Assembly: GCA_964400725.1 (NCBI GenBank)
Contig: CAYNVS010000005.1
Coordinates: 8,632 to 72,631 of the forward strand
Length of the DNA stretch: 64,000 nucleotides
Direction of reading: 5' to 3'
Source of the DNA: an uncultured Myxococcales bacterium
GTDB taxonomy: Bacteria; Myxococcota_A; SURF-8; CAYNVS01
The notes under the pieces are model-generated. The model ran no database searches. It was not told where the DNA came from and worked only from the letters and a program-made list of their open reading frames with translations. This document shows positions 25,571 to 36,462 of the stretch, piece after piece. The number at the start of each line of letters is the position of its first letter. The first letter of the stretch is position 1. The position numbers and the translations under genes were made by a program.

Positions 25571-25593
25571 ATGTTGATAATAATTGTCAACAT
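25571..25593. promoter_or_regulatory. inverted repeat ATGTTGA-N9-TCAACAT, candidate Rrf2-regulator operator in the cysK/rrf2 divergent region
   Basis: Perfect 7-bp arms in atgttgataataattgtcaacat, about 35 bp upstream of the rrf2 start codon. Confidence 0.35.
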
Positions 25594-25628
25594 TAAAACG
25601 ACAAATTTTTTCGGAGCAGAGGCAAACT

Positions 25629-26072
25629 ATGGAAGGGCTCTCAACAAAAGGGAGATACGCTGCGAGAATTATGCTTAGACTCGCCATGCAGAAGGACGGA
25701 ACGCCGCTTCAGGTAGGCAAAATCGCCCAAATGGAGCAAATCGCTCCGTTGTACATCGAGCAGATTTTAATTAAACTCAAGCAGGCGCAGATTGTACGCA
25801 GCGTCCGCGGCGCTAAAGGCGGGTATTTTTTAGCGCGCCCTGCGGAAGAAATAACGGTGGCTAATATTCTCGAAGCGGCGGAGGGAAGCGTCGCGCTGGC
25901 GCGCTGCATGGACGACGCGTGCGTTAGGGCGACCGGCTGCGCGACTAATCGAGTATGGAAACAGGCGACGGAAGCGATGTACAAGGTTTTCGAGTCGATA
26001 ACGCTTGCCCGGCTTGCGAAGGACGCGGAAGATTTGGCCGCCGAAAACGCTCCGGCAAGTTACGAAATTTAA
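25629..26072 (+). CDS. Rrf2-family Fe-S transcriptional regulator (IscR/CymR-like)
   Basis: MEGLSTKGRYAARIMLRLA wHTH N-terminus. Three-Cys cluster CMDDACVRATGC with IscR-like spacing. Start at ATG 25629 with RBS GGAGCAGAGG. Divergent from cysK. Confidence 0.8.
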   Translation: MEGLSTKGRYAARIMLRLAMQKDGTPLQVGKIAQMEQIAPLYIEQILIKLKQAQIVRSVRGAKGGYFLARPAEEITVANILEAAEGSVALARCMDDACVRATGCATNRVWKQATEAMYKVFESITLARLAKDAEDLAAENAPASYEI

Positions 26073-26145
26073 ATTTATCGCTTTAGGCCGAAAATAAAAA
26101 CGGCGCGTAATGCGCCGTTTTTGTTTGCATTTCCCAAAGCGTTGG

Positions 26146-28551
26146 TTAATTGACGCGCGGCCCTACCGCGGCGGTTTTGTTTTTTTCGTCCTCTTCGTCG
26201 TCTTTCAACGGATCTTCTTTCAGTACGGCCGATTTTTCCACGAAGGGATCGCTTATGAGAGCGGCTTTGAGAGCCTCGTCCAAGTCGGCTACGCAAAGAA
26301 TTTGCATATCCTTTTTCGCCTCTTCCGGAACGTCTTCAAGATTAGGCTCGTTCTCCTTGGGAATAACGACCGTTTTAATTCCGCTTCTATGCGCCGCGAG
26401 AAATTTTTCCTTCAGCCCGCCGATGGACAGAACTCTGCCGCGAAGCGTCAGCTCGCCCGTCATGGAAACGTCGCGTCTTACGGGTATGCCGGTGAGCGCG
26501 CTGGCTATCGCCGTCGCGATGGTTATGCCGGCGCTCGGCCCGTCCTTGGGAACCGCTCCCTCAGGCACGTGAATATGAATGTCGGTTTTTTTGAAAATTT
26601 TGGAAGAAATTCCCAAACGGTTGGCGCGCGAGCGAATGTACATCAAGGCGGCCTTGGCGCTTTCCTGCATGACTTCGCCCAGCTTGCCGGTAATCGTCAG
26701 CTTGCCGTCGCCCGGCACGATTACGACTTCTATATTAAGCAGCTCGCCGCCGAACTCCGTCCATGCCATTCCGTTTGCGACGCCTACGAGATTTTCTTTT
26801 TCGGAATCGGTTCTTTGGTATTTAGGCACGCCCAAATGCGACCTTACGACGTCTTTGTTCACCGTCCATTCGCGTTCGGTTCCGCCCCGCTCGCGCAAAG
26901 CCTCGACCGCTATTTTACGGTCGATAGTAGCGATGGCGCGCTCAAGCGAGCGCACGCCCGCCTCGCGGGTGTAGCTGTTTATTACTTCCTTAAGCGCGTC
27001 GTCTTCAAACGCGACCTTAATTTTATCCAGTCCGTTGGCTTTTATCTGTTTGGGAATCAGATAACGACGGGCGATTTCCATCTTCTCGTCTTCTGAGTAT
27101 CCGTTAAGCTCTATAATTTCGAGCCTGTCGCGCAGCGGCGCGGGTATTGCGTTAAGGTAGTTCGCCGTGGTGATGAAGAGAACTTTGCTCAAGTCGTAAT
27201 CCACGTCTAAAAAGTGATCCTGAAATTTGTTGTTCTGCTCCGGGTCGAGAGCCTCAAGCAGCGCGCTTGCCGGATCGCCTCTAAAGTCGGAGCTGAGCTT
27301 GTCTATCTCGTCAAGCAGAAGCACCGGATTAATAGTTCCGGCTTTCTTCATGTGCATTATTATTTTGCCGGGCATGGAGCCGATGTAAGTGCGCCGGTGT
27401 CCGCGTATTTCGGCTTCGTCCCTCACTCCGCCCAAGCTCATGCGGACGAATTTGCGGCCTGTCGCGCGGGCGATGGAGCTCGCGATGCTCGTTTTGCCGA
27501 CTCCCGGAGGCCCGACAAAGCAGAGTATAGGCCCTTTTAACTCGCCCGAAAGCATGCGCACCGCCAAATACTCCAGTATGCGCTCTTTTACTTTTTTAAG
27601 ACCGTAGTGGTCTTCTTCCAAAATGCGCGACGCCTCGTTGATGTCTTCCACGTCGGCTGTCTGCTCGTTCCAAGGAATGCCGACCAGCCAGTCGATATAA
27701 TTGCGGCTCACGGCGGCCTCGGCGCTCATCGGCGACATCATTCTAAGCCTTTTAAGCTCGCGCGACGCCTTTTCCTTCGCCTCTTCGCTCATCCCCTTCT
27801 TCTCGATTTGGGTTTCGAGCTCCTTCATCTCGGCGCGGTAGTCGTCCTCCAAGCTGGCGGGCTGGTTCTCCGGCCTCTGCGCTTCCGCCGGGCGCGTTCT
27901 CTGCTGAACGGTTTTTTGACGCTTTTCGGCCTGCATGTTTTCGATTTCGTTCTTCAGCAGATTGAGCACCTTAGACAAGCGCGCCACCGGATCGGTCGTT
28001 TCCAGCAGCTCCTGTTTGTACTCCAGCTTGAAGTTCACCGCGACCGGAATAAGGTCGGCGACCTGACCGGGCTCCTGCGCCATTTTGAGCGGCTTTAAAA
28101 TGTCCCGCGGAATTTTCTTCTGATAATCGAGATAATTCTCAAGCACGGAGTAAACCTGCCGCCGCAGACTTTCCACGTCGTTGGGCTGGTAAATCGCCGC
28201 CGGTATTTCTTCCAAAGGCGCGACCTGCGCCACAAGTTTATCGCCCGATTCTACGAACTGCATTAGCCGCGCGCGCTTCTTTCCTTCTATCAGCACGCGC
28301 ATGGTGCCGTCCGGCAGGCGCATAAGCTGCACTATGCGTCCAATCGCGCCGACGTCGTAAACGTCGTTGGGCGAGGGATCGTTAATCTGCGCCTGTTTCT
28401 GCGCTACCAGCCACAGCCTTCTGTCTTTAGAGAAAGCCATTTCGAGAGCTTTAATCGAGCGTTCCCTGCCGACGAACAGCGGTATCATCATTTGAGGAAA
28501 GACTACGACGTCTCTTAATGGAATTACCGGTAAAATTTCAAATTCATTCAT
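26146..28551 (-). CDS. lon: ATP-dependent Lon protease
   Basis: Lon N-domain ([29 protein letters not shown]), Walker [10 protein letters not shown], and proteolytic-domain catalytic Ser in DGPSAGI; 801 aa. Confidence 0.96.
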   Translation of the reverse strand: MNEFEILPVIPLRDVVVFPQMMIPLFVGRERSIKALEMAFSKDRRLWLVAQKQAQINDPSPNDVYDVGAIGRIVQLMRLPDGTMRVLIEGKKRARLMQFVESGDKLVAQVAPLEEIPAAIYQPNDVESLRRQVYSVLENYLDYQKKIPRDILKPLKMAQEPGQVADLIPVAVNFKLEYKQELLETTDPVARLSKVLNLLKNEIENMQAEKRQKTVQQRTRPAEAQRPENQPASLEDDYRAEMKELETQIEKKGMSEEAKEKASRELKRLRMMSPMSAEAAVSRNYIDWLVGIPWNEQTADVEDINEASRILEEDHYGLKKVKERILEYLAVRMLSGELKGPILCFVGPPGVGKTSIASSIARATGRKFVRMSLGGVRDEAEIRGHRRTYIGSMPGKIIMHMKKAGTINPVLLLDEIDKLSSDFRGDPASALLEALDPEQNNKFQDHFLDVDYDLSKVLFITTANYLNAIPAPLRDRLEIIELNGYSEDEKMEIARRYLIPKQIKANGLDKIKVAFEDDALKEVINSYTREAGVRSLERAIATIDRKIAVEALRERGGTEREWTVNKDVVRSHLGVPKYQRTDSEKENLVGVANGMAWTEFGGELLNIEVVIVPGDGKLTITGKLGEVMQESAKAALMYIRSRANRLGISSKIFKKTDIHIHVPEGAVPKDGPSAGITIATAIASALTGIPVRRDVSMTGELTLRGRVLSIGGLKEKFLAAHRSGIKTVVIPKENEPNLEDVPEEAKKDMQILCVADLDEALKAALISDPFVEKSAVLKEDPLKDDEEDEKNKTAAVGPRVN

Positions 28552-28724
28552 TGATGCCTCTCGTATTAAAACCGGCGAAAAGCGTCTTCGCCTTATACTA
28601 CAATTGCAATTAAAAAGAATTTGTCAAACTTATAAGACGTTTTTCATGCGGACGAAAACGCTTAAAACCCTTTGCTAAACGGCGTTTGCTTCGTTTTTTT
28701 GAAAAAATAAGCGGGCTTAAAAAC

Positions 28725-29343
28725 TCATTCGACCGCAAACAATTCCGCCAGCTTTCCGCCTTTGTAAACCTCTATTTTCGCCGGAAAATATCCTTTAGTC
28801 AGCGGGTCGTCCCAGTCGAGGAATCTAATCTCCACCCTTTCTTTCGGCTCCCTGCCCAATATCAGCTTTACCGGATGAGATTTTTCCTTGTTGAACCAAG
28901 CCTGCGGCGCCTTCGCGTCTCCTTCGAGAGCGCCGATTACAAAGCACGGCTCTCCTTCCCAGCGCGCCAGCCCTCTTACCTTTAAATCGATTTCATTTCC
29001 ATGGAGAAATTGTATCGCCAGCGTATCGTCGAAAAGAGAGTTAAAGTATTTATAAATGAGCTTCGCGGCGGCGTCCTTGCCCGCGCCTTCTCCTTTCAAA
29101 GAGACCTTAACCGACCCCTTGCCGTCGAAGGCGAACTCCGCCGATCGAGCGTCTTTTATCTTGTCCGGCGAGCCGTCCACAACCAGCGACTTCGCTGTAT
29201 AAATTTTTTCCGGCCTGTTTTTCCAAACCGACGCGGCCTGTTTAAGGATCGCCTCGGAGGGAATTACGTAAGCGGCGAAACAAAGCGCCGCTGCGGCAAG
29301 CAGGGCGGACGACAATTTGAATTTTATAAAATTAGTTTTCATA
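28725..29343 (-). CDS. hypothetical secreted protein
   Basis: Start at ATG (complement of 29341-29343) giving MKTNFIKFKLSSALLAAAALCFAAYV, a signal peptide. No diagnostic motifs; the upstream in-frame extension in the track ORF is unlikely to be translated. Confidence 0.4.
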
Positions 29344-29595
29344 AAGAAAATTATCGGCAAAACGGCCGAACAGTCAAATCGATTTCCATGAAAGAAACGC
29401 CGCAATTCAACGAACCTTCGGGTTTTAATAAAATCTTCAATGCTGCCCCGGATCGGCGCGCCCGGGCTGCCCCTGTTTGGCAATAACCCGAAACATGCCG
29501 GCATGCCGGCGCGCTCTTTTTTAAAACCTTGACATCCCGCGCCGCGTCAATTAGGTATAAATGAAACCCTCTTTGAAAAGGAGTTGACGACAAAC

Positions 29596-31167
29596 ATGAC
29601 GTTCGCCGACATTTTGACCTACGTCCTGCTGGCCGCCGCAATAGCCACGCTCGCCTTCAACATATACAGATACGCGAAAGGGCTGCGCGATTCCCCCCGC
29701 GACATGTGGCTTCTCTTTCTTTACAAATTTGTGGAATACGCCGCGTACGCCGCGATGAACATGGCCATAATACTTTGGCTTTCCAAAGACTGCGGGTTGG
29801 GCGACGTCGCCGCCGGAACGTACATTTCCGGCTGGTCTATCATGCTTTCCATAATGGGAATGATTACCGGCGCGCTCGTCGATACAGTAGGCATTAAGCG
29901 CATTCTCCTGTTAAGCATAGCCGCGCTTATGATTTCCCGCTTCTTTATGTCGTGGCTCACCAACCCGATACTCGTTTTCATCGCCGGATTTTTCCCGCTC
30001 GCGATAGGCTTCGCCATAGTCGGGCCGCTCGTTTCGGTCGCGATAAAGCGCTTTACAACTAAGGAGGGAGCCGCGCTCGGTTTCGGCCTTTTCTACGTCA
30101 TAATGAACATCGGCTACGCAATCGGCGGCTGGTTCTTCGACTACGTGCGGAACCTATACGCTATTAAAGACGCCGCCGGCAAAGTAATAGACGAGAACGC
30201 CGGCACGATGCTTTTAGGCGTTCATTTCTCAACTTATCAAATGTTTTTCCTTTACGGCTTCATCGCCACGTGCTTCAGCCTTCTAGTCGCATTATTTATC
30301 CGCGAAGGCGTTGAAATGACGGAAAACGGCGTCGTCGTCAAGCCGCGCAAGGAGTTCGGCAAAGGATTCGACGCGATTAAAAACGCCTCGAAAGAGACCG
30401 GATTGATGATTAAGTCCGTCATTACCGAAAAGTATTTCTGGATATTCATAGGAATGCTTTCGATAACTCTCTTCGTCAGGTTTGTCTTCTTTCACTTCCA
30501 TTACACTTTTCCCAAATACGGCATCCGCGTTTTGGGCGAAGGCGCGAAAATCGGCTCTATCTACGGCGTGCTAAATCCTGTGCTCATCGTTTTCCTAGTT
30601 CCTCTTGTAGCGTCTCTTACTAAAAAAGTAAGCTCTTACCGAATGATGATCGTCGGCTCCATCGTCTCGTCGCTGTCTTGCTTTGTGGCGGCCATGCCGG
30701 GGCATTACTTCGCCTTTCTAACCGACACCGCGCTGGGCGAAATTATTTTTATCAAATGGCTCGGCCTTGCCCCGACCATGCAGGCTTTGCACGCCGCGCC
30801 GCCTTCGCCCGCGTACTGGCCGCTGATAGTTATGATTACCGTCTTCACCGTAGGCGAGGCTATTTGGTCTCCGCGCCTGATGCAGTTCACCGCGGAGATA
30901 GCCCCGAAGGGGAAGGAAGGAGCGTATATCGCGCTGTCGGTTCTGCCGTTCTTTCTGGCAAAATTCGTCGTCGGGCCGATGTCGGGCTTGCTGTTAAAGT
31001 ATTACGTTCCGGTCGATTCGGCGGGAAAGGCTTTGCCGCATTACCCTGAACACCACATGATTTGGATATGGATAGGCGGAATGGCGGTATTTACTCCGAT
31101 AGGGCTGCTTGTCTTCCGCGGTCTCTTCCATAAAAAACACGAACAAGAAGCGGAGGCTTCAAGTTAA
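29596..31167 (+). CDS. MFS-type transporter (12 predicted TM segments)
   Basis: Multiple hydrophobic helices throughout. RBS AAAGGAG lies 11 nt before ATG 29596; the track start 29584 is a TTG. Confidence 0.6.
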   Translation: MTFADILTYVLLAAAIATLAFNIYRYAKGLRDSPRDMWLLFLYKFVEYAAYAAMNMAIILWLSKDCGLGDVAAGTYISGWSIMLSIMGMITGALVDTVGIKRILLLSIAALMISRFFMSWLTNPILVFIAGFFPLAIGFAIVGPLVSVAIKRFTTKEGAALGFGLFYVIMNIGYAIGGWFFDYVRNLYAIKDAAGKVIDENAGTMLLGVHFSTYQMFFLYGFIATCFSLLVALFIREGVEMTENGVVVKPRKEFGKGFDAIKNASKETGLMIKSVITEKYFWIFIGMLSITLFVRFVFFHFHYTFPKYGIRVLGEGAKIGSIYGVLNPVLIVFLVPLVASLTKKVSSYRMMIVGSIVSSLSCFVAAMPGHYFAFLTDTALGEIIFIKWLGLAPTMQALHAAPPSPAYWPLIVMITVFTVGEAIWSPRLMQFTAEIAPKGKEGAYIALSVLPFFLAKFVVGPMSGLLLKYYVPVDSAGKALPHYPEHHMIWIWIGGMAVFTPIGLLVFRGLFHKKHEQEAEASS

Positions 31168-31172
31168 ATGAA

Positions 31173-31197
31173 AAAAGGCTCGAAAGAGCCTTGTTTA
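31173..31197 (+). terminator. Rho-independent terminator after the MFS transporter gene
   Basis: aaaaaaGGCTCgaaaGAGCCttgtttat immediately after the stop codon. Confidence 0.6.
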
Positions 31198-31356
31198 TAT
31201 CCAATAACGCGTTTGGATTGTATTCTACTATATCTTTACGCGTTCCGAACTCAACCGGAATTAGCGAAGCCGCCGCATCTTCTTATACAGGCTTATGGCA
31301 ACCTTCGGCATCCTCAGAACGCGTGAGCGCAACAAACGATTGAAAAAAATAAGGCC

Positions 31357-31383
31357 AAACTAAAAAGCCCCCGTTCGGGGGCT
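31357..31383 (-). terminator. Rho-independent terminator after the 31396-34071 gene (bidirectional hairpin)
   Basis: GCCCCCGttcGGGGGC hairpin; on the minus strand it is followed by TTTTTAGTTT. Confidence 0.65.
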
Positions 31384-31395
31384 TTCGCGTTTAAT

Positions 31396-34071
31396 TTATG
31401 GGCCGCCGACGGGCGACGGGGGGCATTCCCAATCGCCGTTCTTGCGTTTAATCGTCCAGCAAACCTGATCGCCCGTGTTTTTCATCGAGCCGGAGTAACC
31501 CGAATCGCTGCATATCCAGTTGCCGAAGCCAAGCAGCGGGTCAAACAGGTAAATCGTAAAGTTGATTTTGGCCGTCCAGAGACAGAACTGCTCGTTGAAA
31601 ATATCCACCGCCAGATGGTCGCAGTTGTAAATGTACTTCGCGCAGAAGGTCCATACGCCGTCTTGGGCGTGGTTTGTAATAATTTGTTCGCGCTTGCCGC
31701 TGGCGCACGTCGTCGCCCACTCCACCATCGTTCCGGCGCCGTAAGTTCCGAAGTTGCACGTCGCGCTCGAATTCATGTCTTTTTCCGAGCATCTGCTCCC
31801 CATCGGAGACTTGAGGTCTAAATCGACCTGCGCCTTCGCGTTGCAGCCGTCGTAAACCAATAAAATTCCCAAATCGCGGTTGCACTGCGCGTTTACCGCG
31901 ACCCATCCTTCATATTCCGTCCAAGCGCCCAAATCGTCCATAACGTCGAGAGCGATTTCGTAGTCGCCGCTAGCGTCGAACGTAACGGTAACGTCTTCGA
32001 CTCCGATGCTGCCGTCGGTATCGTGCGGGTATGGGCAGGGTTTTACGTTCGCGTAGTAGTTGTAAGGCTTTAACGTCGCCTGACTGCCGGCAGGCTTTTT
32101 GCGTATGCGCCAGCAGTAACTTTTTATGTTGGAATCGGAGTCTTCGTCGTAGCTGCCGCCTCCGAAGAAAGACTTTTCCTCTCCGCATTTAAGGCCGTTG
32201 ATTGGAGCCGTTACCGGCGCGCCGTGCGGCTGCGTGGATATAACCGCCACCGGTTTGACGTTTTCCGGCCTGCCGGTGCACATAACCGGGAAGAGAGCCA
32301 AACCGATTTCATCGTGGTTGGGCCGCTCGTTCCTCATGTTGCGTTCGCAAATCCTGACGGTGGATTCGGTATTAATATCGCATGCGCGGCATCCGGCAGT
32401 TCCTGCTACGCACCATTCGACCTTTAGATACGCCATGTCGTCGCGTTTTACGGCTTTATTTTGCGAGTTGTACTTCGGCTGCGGTACGTAATGAATTATT
32501 ACGCTTTGGAACTCGTTCGGGTCTAGCGTTATCGGCTCGTAAGGGACGTTGTCGAACGCGTGATCGACGTAGAAGCTGGCGTTAGGCGTATCCACCGTAA
32601 AGGGAACGTCGGTATATAATTTATGTATAAGTATCGTATTTCCGCTGTTGTTGTAAATAGTTACTTCGGTCGTGCACTCCTTGCCGTATTCGCATTTTCC
32701 GTGGCAGGCTATAGGGTTGGGGTTAGCCATTAAAATGTAGCTGTCCGACTCGCCGCTCAAATCAACCGTTGTAACCTGCTGCGACTGGTCTTGGCTGTCG
32801 TTGAATATTTGTATATGGTCGCCCGCTACGCCGTTTTCGTACGGGTGGAAATAAACTCCCACAGTGGCGCACGCGCGAGGATTTTCGTTGGATTCGCATA
32901 CCTTGGTATTGTTGTTGCAGCCCCACTTCGGATGCCCCTTTTGGCAGTAAGCCTCGTCCGCGCTTCCGTCGGTTTTAGCGCAGCTTAATACGCAATGCCC
33001 TTCGGAGCACGTAAGTCCGGACAGATTGGCGGTATCGCTTCCGGGCGCGCGGCAGTCTTTGTTGATTGAGCATAAAGCCGGAAGGCTGTTTATCGGCGGA
33101 GGGCACGGATCGACTTCCCCTTTGGGGTCGAGAAGAATCGGATGCAGCGTGGATATTGACGGAGTTACCAGGCTGAACATTCCGTTTTGTCCGGCAAGGC
33201 TGATTTCGTCTATTTTAAGAACGTTGTTTCCGGCCGGGTCTCCAGAGTTCCAAACGTGAAGCCAAGTGTAGGCGGGCGGCGCGCCGACGTCAACGTTGCC
33301 GAAGTAAATCATTCCGGTAATAGCGTCATAATAGTTCGGGTCGCCGGCGACGCTTATTTTGCGGTCGCCTTTGAACTGCGATTGAAGAGTAACGCGTTGA
33401 ATATAACCGTTTGAAGCGTTGGAGGCGATTTCAATGACGGCGGAGTCGATGCCGTTGTCCACCGGTTGATAGCAAATTGAAATAGGCATAAGCTGTCCAA
33501 GCGGCGGAATGGAAATAGGTTTCTTGTCGATAATGTCCTGGGGCAGAGTAGTCTCGTCGATTTTGAATTCCTGCGTTTGGTTTTGATCGTAATAAATTTC
33601 GTAAATTACCAGAACGTCCGTTCCTTGGTTGCTTATAGAGAGCTCTTTGCAGACGGGGCTTCCCATCAGCACGGCGCCGAAGTTTATCGGGTTGTTGTAA
33701 ACCAAATACGCTTTGCCGGACTGTTCTGCGGGCTCGTAATCGGTTTCCGCGGCGTTGGAAACGCAGCAGGAGCGCGCCGTGTTGCAGTGATAATTGGCGG
33801 GGCATTCCGAATTGAGCGAGCACGACTTGAGACATTGATCGGAGTCGGACGGAAGCTCTACGTCCTTGTCCTCGTCGGGGAACTCAGGCTCGCCCCATAT
33901 AGGAGCGCAAACGCCATGGACGGTATCGCAGAGAAAGTTCATAGGGCAATCTTCGTCAATCGAGCAGTGATGGCCTATGACAACGTCTTCCACGGCTTTG
34001 CAGCCGGCGCCCCAAACCGCCAGCGCGGCAATAAACGCCGCAGCCAATAAAATCAAACTTTTAGCTTTCAT
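31396..34071 (-). CDS. large secreted cysteine-rich lipoprotein (~890 aa), hypothetical
   Basis: Start at the third in-frame ATG (MKAKSLILLAAAFIAALAVWGAGC) gives a signal peptide plus lipobox. Cys-rich modules (HCSIDEDCPMNFLCDTVHGVCAP; LCSINKDCRAPGS...CSEGHCVLSC) resemble those of ORF 1015. Confidence 0.6.
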   Translation of the reverse strand: MKAKSLILLAAAFIAALAVWGAGCKAVEDVVIGHHCSIDEDCPMNFLCDTVHGVCAPIWGEPEFPDEDKDVELPSDSDQCLKSCSLNSECPANYHCNTARSCCVSNAAETDYEPAEQSGKAYLVYNNPINFGAVLMGSPVCKELSISNQGTDVLVIYEIYYDQNQTQEFKIDETTLPQDIIDKKPISIPPLGQLMPISICYQPVDNGIDSAVIEIASNASNGYIQRVTLQSQFKGDRKISVAGDPNYYDAITGMIYFGNVDVGAPPAYTWLHVWNSGDPAGNNVLKIDEISLAGQNGMFSLVTPSISTLHPILLDPKGEVDPCPPPINSLPALCSINKDCRAPGSDTANLSGLTCSEGHCVLSCAKTDGSADEAYCQKGHPKWGCNNNTKVCESNENPRACATVGVYFHPYENGVAGDHIQIFNDSQDQSQQVTTVDLSGESDSYILMANPNPIACHGKCEYGKECTTEVTIYNNSGNTILIHKLYTDVPFTVDTPNASFYVDHAFDNVPYEPITLDPNEFQSVIIHYVPQPKYNSQNKAVKRDDMAYLKVEWCVAGTAGCRACDINTESTVRICERNMRNERPNHDEIGLALFPVMCTGRPENVKPVAVISTQPHGAPVTAPINGLKCGEEKSFFGGGSYDEDSDSNIKSYCWRIRKKPAGSQATLKPYNYYANVKPCPYPHDTDGSIGVEDVTVTFDASGDYEIALDVMDDLGAWTEYEGWVAVNAQCNRDLGILLVYDGCNAKAQVDLDLKSPMGSRCSEKDMNSSATCNFGTYGAGTMVEWATTCASGKREQIITNHAQDGVWTFCAKYIYNCDHLAVDIFNEQFCLWTAKINFTIYLFDPLLGFGNWICSDSGYSGSMKNTGDQVCWTIKRKNGDWECPPSPVGGP

Positions 34072-34274
34072 TTTAACGCCTGTAAGTCCTTTTGTTCGTC
34101 GTTGCATTTTTTCAATCGCCAACGCAAACGCGCTTATAAAATCAATTAACATAATACATCATTTTGTATTATAACCCCAGCGGCGGCGCAGGTCAACCGA
34201 CTTTTGCGAAATTATTATATGAATTCAAATAAGAATCGCGATTCGGCGCGCGCTTTAATTTACGGCGTTTTGTT

Positions 34275-35606
34275 TTATTGCAACGGCTTGGTATTCTCCG
34301 AGACGATTTCTCCCCATTTGTCCGCCTGAAGCGTAAACGTATCAAACGGCTCGTCGTACTTGCCAAGCTCGAACGCCGACATGGTAAGCTTGTCGCATCC
34401 GGCTTCGAAATACAAAAAGTGATGAACGTAACGATTTACCTTCGTTTCCGGCCATTCCTTGCAATATTCGTCAAGAGTTCCGCCTCCGCCGCCTAAAATC
34501 ATGTGCGCCACGCCGTCTTTCATGCCGCGCTCGTAGTCGTGCGTATGCCCCGAAAGGTAAGCGTGAAATTTATTGGCGGCAAGCATCGGCCAAAGCCATT
34601 CGCGAACCGTAACGTTGCCGTCGTAGCCGCAGTCGCCGGGCGACCAACTTTCGGAAAACGCGTTTTGATGCCCGACGGCAATTCTCCAAGTGGCGGCTTT
34701 GGCCTCAGGCGATTCTATCGCGCCCTTCAACCATTTGGAAATCGGCGTCTCGTGCGGATTTTCCGGGTCGATGACTATGTCGAACCAAGCTTTGTTCGTG
34801 TCTATCATCACAAAAAATACGTTTCCATAGGTAAACGAATAAAAACTTTCCGACTCCGGATCGTCTGGAAGCGAAGGCGGATAGCTCGCGTATTTATAAA
34901 AGAAAGGGCTGTTTCCTTCGTGGTTGCCGATGGCTACAAACAACGGAACCGAATGACCGATCGGACGAAGCGGGTCGTAAAATTCGGTTTTCCAGCCGGG
35001 TCCCCAGCCCCCGCTTCCGACTTCGTCGCCGGCGTGAATGGTAAGATAAGGCTGTTTGGCCGCCATCGCCTCGAACAAAAGCGAGCTCACCTCCGGATGA
35101 CTCTGCGTGTCGGAAATCGCCACAAATTTAATAGGCGCGCCCTTATGCGGGGCGGTATAAAATTCGTAAACCGGCGAGCTTTTATCGCAGGATGAAACCT
35201 TATAATAATATCGGGTATCCGCGGTCAGACCCGTTGCGCGTATTTCGTGCATAGTCTTTGGCTCCGCGTCTTCGGCCAGCAGGTCGAGCTTATCGGCCGT
35301 TTTGCCGTATTCAACCTTTGAGCCGCACTCCGTTTCCGTTTCCCACATTATTGTCGTAGAAGTTTCGTCCGTGAACATAAGATACGGCCCTATGTAAAAA
35401 ACTTCTTCCTTATTAATTGTAAAGGGTCTGGCGGCTATTTCCGCAGGGCAAAGAGGCGTTTCCTCGGCTTCGAGCGATTCTTGTTCCAAATCCAAATCGT
35501 CGTCCGAATTCGTTTTCGCGTCTGACGATTCTGCGCAGCCGAAAAAGAAGGCGGCGCATAAAAACAAAATTGCGGCGGACGGCGGCAATAGACGTTCTTT
35601 CTTCAT
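34275..35606 (-). CDS. metallophosphoesterase lipoprotein, purple-acid-phosphatase-like
   Basis: Lipobox FFFGCAESS. Calcineurin-like motifs GDEVGSGG, GNHEGN and GHTHDYER after an N-terminal FN3-like region. Confidence 0.7.
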   Translation of the reverse strand: MKKERLLPPSAAILFLCAAFFFGCAESSDAKTNSDDDLDLEQESLEAEETPLCPAEIAARPFTINKEEVFYIGPYLMFTDETSTTIMWETETECGSKVEYGKTADKLDLLAEDAEPKTMHEIRATGLTADTRYYYKVSSCDKSSPVYEFYTAPHKGAPIKFVAISDTQSHPEVSSLLFEAMAAKQPYLTIHAGDEVGSGGWGPGWKTEFYDPLRPIGHSVPLFVAIGNHEGNSPFFYKYASYPPSLPDDPESESFYSFTYGNVFFVMIDTNKAWFDIVIDPENPHETPISKWLKGAIESPEAKAATWRIAVGHQNAFSESWSPGDCGYDGNVTVREWLWPMLAANKFHAYLSGHTHDYERGMKDGVAHMILGGGGGTLDEYCKEWPETKVNRYVHHFLYFEAGCDKLTMSAFELGKYDEPFDTFTLQADKWGEIVSENTKPLQ

Positions 35607-35952
35607 TTTTTAACGCTCCTGAGGCTTTGATTCTGCATAAAACCGGAACTTAAACGCGCAGTTTCCGGCTGGAAACTCTATTCTAACGAAAAACTAACAC
35701 AAAACGCGCGTTCCGACAAGCGAAACGCTTAACTAAAGCGGCCGGGAAAATAGATAGAAAATTCCTTTCCGCCCGGAATGTCCGGCTTGAACAAAAACGC
35801 GAAAACCGCCTAGAACGCGGAGTTTTTTATTTGATTGCGCCGTTTTTCGACTTCTTAACCATCCAAGCGCATGCGCCCAATCTTTAATTAGGAATAAACG
35901 GTAAGAAGTCTGATTTTTCAACTGTAAAAGGCCTTGACAATACGGCTTTAAT

Positions 35953-35970
35953 GATAATAGTTTCTATTAA
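35953..35970. promoter_or_regulatory. candidate Fur/PerR box (ATAATAG-ttt-CTATTAA inverted repeat)
   Basis: gATAATAGtttCTATTAac lies 17-34 bp upstream of the perR-like start, a 7-N3-7-type AT-rich palindrome similar to Per/Fur boxes. Confidence 0.35.
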
Positions 35971-35986
35971 CGTTAAGGAGAAACGA

Positions 35987-36436
35987 ATGGAAGCGACCTC
36001 TTCAAAAAGAAAAAAAGTTTCAAGCAAGCGGACGCGGACGACGCGTCAGAAGAAAATCGTTTTAAACTATCTTCAAAGCGTGCGCTGTCATCCTACCGCG
36101 GAAGAAACGTACGAGTCGGTTAAAAAAGCGGCTCCCAAAATAAGTCTTTCGACCGTTTACCGAATTCTCGAATCGCTTGCCGAAGACGGAATAATTTTGA
36201 AACTGGCAAGCCCCGACGGCCCCATGCGCTTCGACGGCTTCGTTCACAACCACAAACATATTCGCTGCTGCGTCTGCGGAAAAACGGAAGACGTCGCCGA
36301 TGGTATTGACATCGAGCTGAAAATGCCCAAAATGGATATAAACGGCTTTGAAAACGTCAAGGTTAATCTCGAAATTACAGGAATTTGTCCCGAATGCGTA
36401 AAACGCTCGGAAAATATTGAAAAAGACCGTTCTTAA
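35987..36436 (+). CDS. perR: Fur-family transcriptional regulator, PerR-like
   Basis: Fur-family wHTH (YRILESLAEDGIILKL) with CxxC...CxxC structural Zn site (CCVCGKT...CPEC). RBS AGGAGA. Heads an operon of peroxide/superoxide defence genes. Confidence 0.8.
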   Translation: MEATSSKRKKVSSKRTRTTRQKKIVLNYLQSVRCHPTAEETYESVKKAAPKISLSTVYRILESLAEDGIILKLASPDGPMRFDGFVHNHKHIRCCVCGKTEDVADGIDIELKMPKMDINGFENVKVNLEITGICPECVKRSENIEKDRS

Positions 36437-36462
36437 TTTTACAATCTGAAAGGAGACTGACT

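Noticed and set aside
26110-28098. Plus-strand ORFs 26110-27096 (328 aa), 26150-26572, 27607-28098 etc. overlapping lon
   Set aside because: Antisense shadows of the unambiguous Lon protease gene.
28574-28592. GGCGAAaagcgtcTTCGCC hairpin in the lon 5' region as a terminator or CIRCE-like element
   Set aside because: No adjacent T-run in either orientation and no match to CIRCE or sigma32 consensus. Probably an incidental UTR stem.
34503-35195. Plus-strand 230-aa ORF inside the metallophosphoesterase gene
   Set aside because: Arg-rich antisense frame. The minus frame has conserved calcineurin-like motifs.
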